A DNA stretch of 64,000 nucleotides from Schizochytrium sp. TIO01. Its lineage: Eukaryota; Protista; Bigyra: Labyrinthulomycetes. The position numbers and the translations under genes are program-made. The notes beneath the pieces are model-generated. The model searched no databases. It saw only the letters and a list, made by a program, of their open reading frames with translations, and was not told the DNA's origin. The stretch covers positions 496,001 to 560,000 of the forward strand of contig SMSO01000036.1 of assembly GCA_004764695.1 (NCBI GenBank), written 5' to 3'. Positions 21,103-32,995 of the stretch are shown in pieces. How positions within the stretch are numbered: the first letter of the stretch is position 1; every line of letters begins with the position of its first letter.

Positions 21103-21897
21103 ATGAGCGGCGATGACAGCACTGCTCCCAAGGTGAGCGCCGGCGTGCAGGCCTGCGTGGATGCCTTCAAGGCCGGCAAGCCCTGCATGGTCTTCGACAG
21201 CGCCTTCCGTGAGGGTGAGACCGACCTTCTCTTCCCCGGTGTCGGTACCTGCCCTGAGTGGATCCGCCGCCTCCGTCAGGAGTGTGGTGGCTTGCTCTTT
21301 CTGGCCATCGGCGATGAAGTTGGCGAGATGTTTGGCATGCCGTACCTTCAGGACCTCTTCAAGGCCAACGAGTCCGCGCACCCCGTGCTTAAGGCCCTCG
21401 ACACTACTGATCTTCAGTACGACGCCCGCTCGGCCTTCACTGTCTCCATCAACCATCGCGAGACCTTCACTGGAATCACCGACAAAGATCGCGCTTTGAC
21501 CACAAGACGCTTTGCGGAGCTCACAACTGAGCTGCTCGAGGCCAAGGCAGACCCTGAGACCTGCATGCAGCGCCTCGGCAAGGAGTTCCGCACTCCCGGA
21601 CACATCCCCGTGTGCAGAGAGAGCCCTGGTGGTCTCAAGAAGCGCCGTGGCCACACTGAGCTCGCGGTTTCAATTGCTCGTCTCGCTGGACTCGCTCCGG
21701 TGACCATTGGCGCAGAAATGCTTGACCCCGAAGGAGACCTTGCTCTCCCTGTTGAGAAGGCGCGTGAATACGCTGCCAAGCACGGAATCCCCATGGTTGA
21801 GGGCAAGGACCTTCTTGAGGCTCACGGACTTCTCGAAGAACAGGAGAAGGCCGAGGAGGAGCCCGAGGCCAAGAAGGCCAAGACTGCCGACGAGTAA
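21103..21897 (+). CDS. ribB: 3,4-dihydroxy-2-butanone 4-phosphate synthase (riboflavin biosynthesis), archaeal type, 264 aa
   Basis: FDSAFREGETD, GGL, INHRETFTGITDKDRA, EFRTPGH, RRGHTE and AEML motifs. First ATG at 21103 (TCAAGATG). Strong G/C-ending codon bias. Confidence 0.95.
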   Translation: MSGDDSTAPKVSAGVQACVDAFKAGKPCMVFDSAFREGETDLLFPGVGTCPEWIRRLRQECGGLLFLAIGDEVGEMFGMPYLQDLFKANESAHPVLKALDTTDLQYDARSAFTVSINHRETFTGITDKDRALTTRRFAELTTELLEAKADPETCMQRLGKEFRTPGHIPVCRESPGGLKKRRGHTELAVSIARLAGLAPVTIGAEMLDPEGDLALPVEKAREYAAKHGIPMVEGKDLLEAHGLLEEQEKAEEEPEAKKAKTADE

Positions 21898-23531
21898 GTA
21901 AGGGTCATTTATTAGAATACAACCTTACTGATGTTCCGAGCAGCTACGAAGAATATGCAAGAATGGCGTACATTGTCTAGACCTTTAATACTGAGACGAT
22001 GACATTGAACGTTTCTTCTTCGTCGACTTGGAGAACATTGAGTTCGCTGTGCTCTACGTCTTGTTTTGTTTTTCGGATCCAAAAAAAATAAAATCGTAAA
22101 TTGAGGTGTATGGAAGGGAGAGAAAGATTATGAGTTAGAGTAATTGGATACCATGGTGAGTGATAGCGTCCGGTAGCTTGAATTCACATGGTCCTGGGCC
22201 TCATTTGGGACAGATTGGGGTCATGTGCCACGTGGTCTACTTTTCCTCTCTGATCGAAAATTCCCTTCTACGCATTTCATATCCTTTTCCTGTTGAGGGC
22301 GAACCTCTTTGTGATAGTCTCTTGCTCATTCCGATTCAGTGTGATGCAGGGCTCGCGCAGGACTTCTGCCCCCTCCCTATGGCTGGCCGGTCAAGCAAAA
22401 CGCTTCAGCTTGGCCAGCCAGCCTGTTTCTACTAATGCCTCCACACCGTTAATAAGATGTCTAGCTAGCCCATCTTTTGCCGGTGCGTACTTACTTACCT
22501 ACTCACTTACTTTCTGCTTCACTGCTTAATCATTATCAATTGAGTGATCAATTATTTGACCGGTGATAGCGTTTTGACGCAACAAATTACACCCAATATC
22601 CAAATCATAATATAATTTATGTGTGCTCACTGCCAATAAACTCACAGGTTACATTATATCATTTCTCCCGAGATTGAGACACTCATTTATTGCTCTTGAT
22701 GAAGAAGAACTTATTTCAAGACATACAGTGCATACGATCGCCTCTAGCTCCTTGTTATACTACAACTCCTTTTGGAATATGCGTGATCTTTTTCCTGGCT
22801 TGAGCAGAAAATCAGAGTCTTGTCTAATTTGGCCAACGCAACTCGCCAATTTCCCTTGTTGACTTAATATATCCACACAGCTTCTTCGCGTCTCAGAAAA
22901 CCCTTCTTTTCTACAGAATTGACTCCATGTCTATTCACTTGCATGAAGGTATTTGATTTTCCGATCGAGGTATCCCGGTTATCAGAATTATTACCTCAAC
23001 TTAATTTTCATTAATTCGTATCCAACTCCACTCTCCACAATTGTCTCCTCCTGCAAGTGAAACAATTTAGTCCCACAAGTAGCTTATAGATCTTATATCT
23101 ACTTGCATCTGCAATTCTCTAGTGTACCATTCCTTCCTTTCGCGAGCGCTCTCAGCCACTCTTCCCACAAGTGAGTTATAGCACACTCCGGCATACTTCA
23201 TGATTAGCAACAACCTCATTGTAAACCTTTCCAACAAGTAGAATATAGACTTCTATAATTCACTTTAATCTCACACCTTCTGGGCGACTGTCAGCCGAAG
23301 ACCTTAATAGGTGGTTAACTAAGCATTTGCCTAGCTGACTATTAGTTATTCGAATACGAAAAATGTTGTAACACTTTACTTCGTGGACGTCAAGACAGGC
23401 GACAAGAGCTTCTTTCCCAAATCCGTTTCTTCACAGCCTCCACGTTTCCTTTTCGCTGGAGGTAACTCCCGCGAAGTCTTTGTTGTCGAATCTCAGCGCA
23501 AAGTCACAGCGTCTAAGCAACCTCAGCTACC

Positions 23532-24320
23532 ATGTCGTGGGATGACGATGATTGGGAGGCCACCGCCGACGAGGTTTTGGCCGCTGCCGATGTAGAACCT
23601 GAGAAGCCTTCCGTCGCAGACGCCGCAGGCGACGACGAAGAGAGCAGCGACGACGAAGAGGTTGTAGACTTTGCCGGTGAGGGTGATGCTACTGATGGCA
23701 CCAAGCCCCGTAACGCCTCCAGCAAGCCCAAGGTCAAGAAGGTCTCCAAGCTAGCCAAGAAGAAGGAGCTCGAAGAGAAAATGGCTGCCGAGGCGGAGGC
23801 GCTTAAGAATGCGAAGCCTCTCAGTAAGGAGGAGAAAATGGCTGAGAAGCAGCGTCTGCAGCAGCTTGCCGAGGAGGCGGATCTTTCTCTTATGGGTGAG
23901 ATGTTCCAGGCTAAGAAAGCTGAGGGCAGCCTTGACACCAAGGCCATCCAGGGCCTCCTTCAGGCAGTCCCCCTTGACACAGAAGAACAGTACAAGGACT
24001 TTGCCTCTGCGATTGGACACCGCATTGAGGTTGAGGATGACTCTTTCATGACCAAGGAGTTCCTTAAGGAGCTTTGCAGACACCTCGGTCGCACAATTAA
24101 GGGCGAGGATTTTGCTGAGGTCGTGGCAGTGCTTAACATCATCAAGAACGAGCGTGTAAAGACGGACTTGAGCAAGAAGAAAAAGAAGGGTGGAAAGAAG
24201 TTTGCAAACGTTGCTCGCAGCAACAATGACGATCTTGCTGACTTCAGCGGTGCCGATGCTCGGGGAGCTGCCCACGCAGCGTCCTACCGCGACGAGGACA
24301 TTGACGGTGACTTCATGTAA
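23532..24320 (+). CDS. EIF3J: Eukaryotic translation initiation factor 3 subunit J (Hcr1), 262 aa
   Basis: Acidic N-terminal WDDDDWE, EKMAEKQRLQQLAEEADL, basic KKKKKGGKK and C-terminal DGDFM. Confidence 0.93.
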   Translation: MSWDDDDWEATADEVLAAADVEPEKPSVADAAGDDEESSDDEEVVDFAGEGDATDGTKPRNASSKPKVKKVSKLAKKKELEEKMAAEAEALKNAKPLSKEEKMAEKQRLQQLAEEADLSLMGEMFQAKKAEGSLDTKAIQGLLQAVPLDTEEQYKDFASAIGHRIEVEDDSFMTKEFLKELCRHLGRTIKGEDFAEVVAVLNIIKNERVKTDLSKKKKKGGKKFANVARSNNDDLADFSGADARGAAHAASYRDEDIDGDFM

Positions 24321-25989
24321 ACGCTACCGCTCAGAGGCCTCAATATAAGGATAACACACATTCACAGCTAGCCGACCAGCTAGGCCAATTATTTTACAGA
24401 ATGCCTAACAATCGTAATACTCATGAAACACACTACAAACGCTTCCTTGCTTCCTTACTTGCCCGTCTCCTTACCTCCTTACTTGCTTCCTTTCGTAAAA
24501 TTTGGTGCAAGTCTTTCTGCACTGGCTTTCCGCTCATCCTACCCTACAGACTCATATGCTTCCATTACGAGTGTCTCATTCAAAATCATTAAAGGTTGAT
24601 ATAAAATTGGTTAAATCACATTTGTATGATCTCCTGATGAATGTGGTCCTACCGAAGGAAGTAGGAAACCAAGAGCTTCCTCATGTGAACAACATACTTG
24701 ATGGGTGCCCTTCTACATCCTGAACCTGCATGAATTGAAGACAGGATACGACTGTCTGGACTGTTAGTATGAAAAGCAATGCCCATCAAAGGGAAGCAAG
24801 GCAAATGAGGCCTTGAAACTTGCGGAAGGTATCAGAGAGTTTGGACATTGGTGTAACTATGGTAGCTATGCAAGATGCATTTTCAATTAATGCATTCTTC
24901 TACAAGATGAGAATAATAATAAGACAGTTGTTTGGGTCTGCATCTCCCTTAGGAGTAAGAGCAGAAAATGCGAGCATATGTTGTCTCGCTCCAAACATCA
25001 TGATAGTGTCAGTGAGACACAAAATATGTCATCTCCGCAAGAGCTACTACTCCAAAAGGAGAAAAAAATAGTGTCTCTTTTTACAGGACTCATGGATCTT
25101 TCTGCCTAGAACTATGTAATGGTCGAAGCTTGCAGGGTTTAGGAATTCGGATGAAGGAACGTCAAGACATCTTCGTGACCTGCGATAAGTCTTTCATGAC
25201 GACCGATCTACTATTGATGCGTTCGATTCCTCATCTATGAGGTGTTTATCGAGTAAGACGATGAGAATGTAAATATTGCTCCTGTCAACTCAGAATCGAT
25301 TATGAACTCTTTAGATCAATGATTAGACCGGTGACTGTTATCACCTTTCGAAGAACAAATTACAAGATCCCATTTGACATGGACCGTCTTGAGGAGAATA
25401 TGAATTCAAACTTCATTCAAGGTTGCAGCAGATGACGATCTATTACGTGTCTTGGATTTAGTATTCCAGAGATAAAATGGATCAGATCTTGGAATTGAAG
25501 CTTTCAATAATGACACACTTGCCTATTGGACAATGATCGGTCCCCTTGCACAGTATAAGACTTGCATTACTGCAAATGCAGAACTTGCCGATCGGTTCAT
25601 CGTTGTAACCGAACGCCTCCAAAATGTCTTAAATATACTAAATCATAGTGAGCATATTGTGCTTCAGAAAAAGAAGATACGAATTGAAAATGTGAACAAA
25701 TTACAGTTCAATGACAACAGCAGCAAGGATCTTGTATGTGAGATATCATTTATGTTGTTGCTGAGGTCTCCAATCGAAGGAACTAGTAGACAAGACATTG
25801 CTAGAGTTCTTGGTGTCCCTTTGTAAAACCCCATTAGACATAAGGTCCACATTAGAGCAAGAATAGGCAGCCAGACTCATGTGGATGCCGGAGCCAATAT
25901 CTGAAAGTATGAATACCCATTAACTACACCCAAGCGTGGTTTAGCTTGAATCGATGATTGGAGAAGGAGGATAAACCTTACCCGATCGA

Positions 25990-27650
25990 TTATCTCTAAC
26001 CACATTCAAGAATGTCTTAATCTCCCTAACTACTACATGAATCCATCTGTCCTGGAATTCATTCCCCAGGATAGCAGTTCGCTAACACTTAAATCAACCT
26101 TCTTAAACCTTTCATCAAGCGTCTTGCCTTCATCTTTACAGTCAACCTCAAGCTAATTAGTATCATCTTTCAGCAGTTGTACAGTTAGGACTCGATAAAG
26201 GAAGAAAGTTCTGCAGGTGTAAAGAAGGTAGAAGTAACTCATGTGCATATTCTCTTCAGGGTTGATAGAATTGAGGCAACTCTAGAAATGCCCTGTACCG
26301 TCGACTATTTCTGATTACCGGAAAGAATCAACATGAGAAGTTGTGGAGGAGGGACTGATCCCACATGAATTTTAATGGTAGGCGCATTGCATTTGACGCC
26401 ATTGATGCTTCTGAATCACTTCATACACTTTGGGGAAAACAGAGTTCACAGATGACGAAGTGAAATGATATATTGTAGTGGAGATATTAACACTGACTGC
26501 TTTCGTATGCAGCAAACTTTGAAGGACATGAGCAAGGTGCTCGGGAGGCAAAGTTTAAAGAGTTATAATGTAGTCCTGTCACACATGAATAAGGCCAGTC
26601 AAAAGATCATGCTTTGTCAGTCAACCCTAAACATGGTCTGGACAATAATAAGGACTTATACAATTATAATAGTCAATGAGGCCTATATCTCAAGAATGGT
26701 GTCTTTGAAGATGTTACAGTTAACTTAACTCAGACTTCGTGATCTGAATCCAATTTGACCTCATATTGCAACCCAATTATCATATGTTTCAGAACTTAAC
26801 AGTCTGCAAAATATCGACACAAGACAAGAAGGAAGTTGAATCAATTGCATTTGTCAGTAAGTACTGTACAGGAACAGACGAGCAAAAGTTTGCTCAGAAG
26901 TTCATTGGAAATAATTTACGATGATTGAAGAGGTTGAATTAGCCTAACCCCATCGATTTTATCTAACACCTTTCAAGAATGTCTTAATCTCCTGAAATAC
27001 TACATGAATTCATTTGTCTTGGAGTTCATTCTTCAGGAGAGCTGTCCGCTAACTCTTAAATCAACCATCTTAAAGCCTTCGCCAAAAGCCTTCCCTTCAT
27101 TATTTACAGTCAACCTCAAGCTGAACAGAATCATCTTTCAGCAATAGCGTAGGTACAGAGAGAAAGGAAAATAATAGTTAGAATTAACATTCAGGACCTG
27201 CTGAGGAGGTCCATGGTCTTAGTCTAGGCTTTGGGCTTGTGTCCAACTCATTGAGGCGAGCTGTCCGACACGTAGCTGTTATACTTCAATACTTTTTAAA
27301 GCCTTCATTAAGACCCTTGCCCTCATCTTTACAATCAACCTCAAGCTGACGACAGTGACCTTTCAGCAGATCCAAGTTGCCTATCCTATCACATTCTGCT
27401 TAACTTATCAGGAGTCGGGATTGCACTTAACTACACGTGAAAGGAACAAACCATACTAAGAATAAGGGTCCAAATAATCGAAAAAGGAATCTAGTCAGCT
27501 ATAACCTGACTATCAAGATGAAAACAAGGCTATCAAAGAAGACTTTGCAAAGGGTAGGTAGATTTTAGTTTGAAGGTTAGCCTGTTTTTGGAATTGACCT
27601 CCAAGGCAGACCGATTCATGTTATTAGTAAGAGACTAGGACATACTTGAT
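25990..27650. pseudogene. Decayed multi-copy coding-like module (three direct copies plus one inverted), identity unknown
   Basis: Copies at ~25990-26180, ~26955-27143 and ~27295-27370 share CTT...CATCTTTACAGTCAACCTCAAGCT...TTTCAGCA. The minus strand reads LKDD..QLEVDCKDEGK..E.FKKVDL with stops. A diverged inverted copy lies at ~27490-27650. Confidence 0.45.
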
Positions 27651-30382
27651 CTGTGTTGGACATAATTGAATAGGTGAGGTTAACTCCAATATTCAAATAT
27701 GAATTCTGACTCTGTTATACTTGATTCTAGCGAATGCGTAGGTCTACGACTTCATAACTACGCATGTCTGACTGTCTAGTATCATCCTATGTACGCCCTA
27801 AATTCTTGAGGTCTTACAAGAGGGCGCCTAGAACTTTGGAAATTTGGTTGTTTATATATAATCAAAATGAAATTATTGCTCACTTGCTTGGCTAAAGGAA
27901 ACGTTGTACTTTGCAATATATTATGAGCAATACTTTTGCTGGAGATATTTATAATTCACAAGAAATCTTCATAAGGGAGCTTGAGGTATTTAGCCTTCAA
28001 TTGACATGAGTTTGTCACTTAAGTTACAGTGTCTTGAAATGAAAAGCTTACCTCGGCTGAGTGCCCTTAGTCTTCTGCACAACTTTCAACGGTGAAAGCT
28101 ATCTTTGCTTCAACATGTTTTGTTTGATTGCAATCCACGCTCCCAGAACAACGTTGTATATTATAGCAGGAGGGGCGCTAAGAGTTATTCTTTCAGAAGC
28201 CAAAGATTGCAATGAAGCCCATTTGAAGTTTACCAACCAAATCCTATGCACCTTTTGAATGCTTCTAGCCTGACAACAGGTTCGAAAGAGCGTTTATATA
28301 CGTAGAAGTAAACGTGAGGCATCCTGATGAGGATTCGATAGCAAAAGAGTTTACTTGATCGCCAGGCATGGCTTCAAGTCGAATGCTTTATAATTCCAAT
28401 GCTTTCTTGTTAATTCATCTTGTTCTAGTTAGATGGACACGGAGTAAGTCGTGTCAATCGCAAAAGAACCACACCAGGTCCCAAGAACACTTCACCCACC
28501 TAAATGACATGTGTGAATCCACCACTTGTGGTAATCTTTTTACAGATGAGATCTTCTATTCACAGCAATGGAAGTCACTTGACGCAGCCGAATTGGAAGC
28601 CATTTGGGATGTGTGTTCTCCTGTTAGAAACTACGATGGTGCGTATGCTCTGGATGAAATGGAGGAGTATATCGTTCGCGAAGCGAATGTCGTGAAATCT
28701 CCGTTGTCAAAGGTTGTTTTCAGACACGTGAAAAGCCTATTCATCATTGTACGGTCTTTCACAAAAATCATGCAGCTTCAAATGATAATGCTTGAAGGAC
28801 AGAATACAGACATAAGCACAAAAAATGCCTGTTGATAATATGGGTTTAGAGCCGTCTCATTCATCTTCTTGAGTTCCTGCTCCTTCAGCTGCTGCTCCTT
28901 CTTCATCTCATCTCTAGCAAAGACGCATTTAATAGCAATAGTGCAATGAAAAACTAAGAGAAACAAAGGGAAACAGAGAATGTGGTTGGTTCGCTAATTT
29001 TTTTAGTGGTTGGGTGGCTGCCTGGGTGGCTGCTGGGTGAGCACTTTAGATAACGGTTTTTCTATTTTGCTAGCCGTGAAAAATTGCAACAATATCAGCA
29101 CATGAAAGATGATGTCTCTTCTAAGTTTGAGGGTTTGGAGATTTGATAGGCTCTTGTTAAGTGCTGTACGATTGACTGGTTTCTAGCCCTCAAGCTGATC
29201 GTTCAATGTAGCATATCTGAAAATCGGTCAGAGGAATAAACGTAGCTTGACTTCATTGTTGTTCCCTGATAATTGCTAACGTAAATTCTTATATCATACT
29301 TCAAGAGAACCCGAGCTCCAGCTTCAGAATCGCGTGTTGTTCGGAATGATTTTTGAGGGTGGGCTATTGTCAATACCGCACTAACATTATGCATGAGTTA
29401 GTTTCTTATTTCTCTACTTCAAATGAAGGTATTTTAATTATATGTATATTTTAAACTTTTAATTTTAAATATATAAAAAGAAAAAAAAAAAGAGGCTCGG
29501 GTTTTGGCCAGCACTTGCGAAATGGTTGATGCCAATTATTACTTTCAGATGACGCATCGGAAACTACTACACATGAACAAGCTTGAACTCGATCAAGACT
29601 GAGTCTCTGAAGCGATGTGCTCAGTTTGTGGCTAGTTTGAATAATGTCCTTTACTTTGGTGGTCAGATTGAAACTCGGCTGGTTACTGTCCCAACTGAAA
29701 AGTAAATCATAAGTTACAAACAAGGATTGTGTTCGCTAGAATGATCAAAACGGAGGTCATCATGCCTTTGAATCCACATAGTTAGGAAGGAGTATCTATA
29801 AATAAAGTTGCAAGAGCAGATATTACTAATCTCTACCTGTGCCGAGATGTAAGATGTAAGTACTATAGGAGAAAAAGACAAATTCAAAATGGCACTTTAT
29901 TTATTGGATGCTGCTGATGTTTCTCGGTGGTAAACGATTTGGAAAGTTTCTTTTCCAATTTTTTAACCTCTGTCATGATGATATGTGCGAGGAAATGAAG
30001 AACGAGTATTCCAGAGAAACATTGTTGCTACTGATGCATTAATGTTGCTAGACAAAATAACTTGACCGTGTTTTTTTTTTTTTTGTTAAATTTATAAATT
30101 CAATGTTGTTAAATCAGAAGAAAGTAATATTTGAACTGAAGTGAGTATCAAATTTTGTTGTATACTCATTTCTCAGACAATAAAATGAAAATTAGTTTTG
30201 AAAACAGAATCGTGCCAATGCAAACCAAGGTTCATTCAAAAATTCCAGTCGAAGACACTTTAGTATCTTGAGGTAAAAAAGTAAACAATCTTGGTCTATG
30301 ATATGAAATTTATAAAGTCACAACAGAGTGAACTTCTTGAAGGATCAAGGATATCTCTGAACGGGAGGCAAGGGAAGTAAGT

Positions 30383-30427
30383 AGCATGCGTGCGGTGGAA
30401 GAAAAGCATGCGTGCGGTGGAAGAAAA
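30383..30427. repeat. 22-bp perfect tandem duplication AGCATGCGTGCGGTGGAAGAAA
   Basis: Copies start at 30383 and 30405. Confidence 0.9.
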
Positions 30428-32739
30428 AATAAGCTGGAAAGAAATGGAATACTAAGTGATCCCTACCCGATTTTTATATGATTATGATAATCCGAATAAG
30501 AATTATCATTCAAGTCTTTCAAAAAACTTCTCCTCTAAGTTGATGAAATGTTACTTTTAAAAAAATAAGAATTCAGAAGCCCATGGGCGGCGAAATACGA
30601 TATTAAGCCCCATCTCTAGATACTGGTTACGTAAAACTCAATATCTTCGCAAATCATTTCAGTACTTCTTTACTTCCTTTAAATAAGCCAGCAAAGCTAC
30701 ACTACTCAGAAACATCTGCTAGCATCTGTTCTTTTGTGCAAGCTTGACCAGAATCATATCAGCGCGTCGTTCAAAAGAACTGATGAACTCTCCTTTTAAA
30801 ACCAAAATCATGATCTCTTTATTTTCTTCTTGAGAAAAAATCAACAGTATAAAACTTGCTTGTTTTTGCCGAACTGCTGCCGAAAGAAATTTTTTGATCA
30901 TTTGCTGATGAACAATCACAGAGCACCGGCAGGCTTTGAGTTTCCTTTTCATTAGTATTTGAAGATCCTCTTCGATCTACCACACTATGCGTACGTGAGC
31001 AACACCACATCATGAGAAAATTCATGGACTTTGCAATTGAGTACAGGCTCACTGCGAAAGACCGTCAAGAGAGCAGAAGCAAGGGTGCGCTTCTTTCTTT
31101 CTCTCCTTACATCTTCTTTTGTTAGTTCTTTCTTAGTTCACATTTTGCCTTCGCTGGTAGACCTTCTTCAAGATAAGTGAACATTCTGCGCTAGGTCAAT
31201 TGGATGGCGCAGCGAATGCTCTTTAAATAATGGGTGGCACTTGTGCTCCACCCATTTGGAGTGGTGAGTCCTCTCACTGACAGAGTTGGTTCATTACCTT
31301 GGATGAGGTGATTAACGCAAAACTTCCATACGTGCAGTTTTTTCATAAATCGAACTATTTTTTTAATGAAATCGAGTCTTAAGTGCAAGCTCACACACCT
31401 TCGTGCGTCCCTTCATTGTAACGAGTTGGAGGCATGCATGAAAACAAACCTTAATTTCGAACGAAAAACAAAAAAAGCCTCCAGCTTATCTACAGCAACT
31501 ACATGCCATATGCCGTCATCGCGAATAATTAATGCTTGATTATTCTCCTTCCTCTGCGGCCATTAAGATGGAATTGTGAACATTTTCTGGGCCGCCAAAT
31601 ACTCACAAAACCTATCCGAAGAGATAAAAGTATGATCAACGATTCTATTATTTTAAAACTTTAAGTTTTAAGAAAACAACAACAGCACTAAAAACAATAA
31701 CAACAACAATAAAGCCGAGAAATCTCAACTTGAAGTTCCACCTCCTCTTTCTTCATTTTTTCCTACAAATTCGAAAGATAAAAAGGCTGGTCGTAGTAGA
31801 TCTGGTAGGGGGGGAATTATGTGTGTACATATTACAAAAGCAAAAACTTAAAAGGTGTAGCTGGGGCATCTCTCAGCCCATCTTGGTAGTGCCTGCTAAA
31901 AAGACTAATCGCATTGCAGAGATACCTACTACTCTTGTGCGAACAGGAAAGTATGGATCAAATCTGTGTCGTGGTAGAGGACATCACGCACATATTCGTG
32001 CTCCGTGGGGCATGCTAATCGAAACCAGGGTTCAGTCGCCTGATTAGTTTTCATACCCGACCAACCAACAACCGACTAACCAACCAATCAACCAACCAAC
32101 CAACAAACAAACAAACAAACAAACAAAACAAAGAAACAACAAAACAAAGAAACAACAAAACAAACAAAGAAACAAACAAAGAAACAAACAAAGAAACAAC
32201 CAAAGAAACAACCAAAGAAACAAATAAACAAAGAAACAAACCAATCACTCGTATTGTTTCGTCAGCGATGCAATGCAAAAGATCTTGTATACACTTTTAT
32301 ATTTGCAAATTGTGGTTAAATCCCCTCCTTTACTTTCAGACAAAGGTCTTTGAATTGAAAAAAGAATTGACCAGTAAACAGGCAGCATCCAAAACAGACA
32401 CTCTATGTAAGTCTATTTTGCGAGCTCTGCTTACTACCGAGAGCGTCTGTTTCTCAGGGGGTTTCTTGAAAAAAGAACAAGGCTATTTTCCTTCAGAAGT
32501 ATTTGATAATTATCCAGGCTTGGATGTATCTGTTTGATGGCCGAAGCCGCAGTCGTGGCTTCACTGCGTAAGGGCGGCTCAGGTATTCTGTTTATTGGAA
32601 AGTAAAGTTCTGAAGACTGCTTGGTTGTTTGGACTGTGCTTTTATGTTCACGTGTGGTGGAGGTTCTGTTTGGGTTAATCATGGAAGAATTTTTCGACTT
32701 ACGATTATTGAAGTTTGTATAATCTGTATTACTTCGAGT

Positions 32740-32995
32740 TCAATATCACAAGGAAAGGTGCATCCATAGACCTCGACCTGGTTTTACAAATAATGATGTA
32801 CTTATTACTCTAAACAAAATAGCGAGTTCCACGTTGCCCAAGATTTTGTCAAAAGGTTGAGCTGATCCTTTCCAATCTAGGCTTAAATCTGTTAATCATG
32901 TACGCTCGATCGTCGATAGAAATCGTGGCCTTGCCATATACTTTTTCGCATCTTCGCGTAAACACATGAATCATCGCTCCATCGAGAACATATGA
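32740..32995 (-). mobile_element. Possible decayed Ty1/Copia RT fragment
   Basis: Minus strand gives DDSCVYAK, then (shifted) KATISIDD...F*QNLG, echoing Copia D.CVY.K...YVDD...DLG; heavily degenerate. Confidence 0.3.

Noticed and set aside
21046-21806. Long antisense ORFs over ribB (and likewise over eIF3j, MYB, YIP1 and the kinase)
   Set aside because: Shadow ORFs caused by biased codon usage of the real genes.
28368-28835. 155-aa ORF; LDGHG in another frame hinting at a DDE_1 transposase
   Set aside because: No recognisable domain, host codon bias absent, and a single short motif is insufficient.
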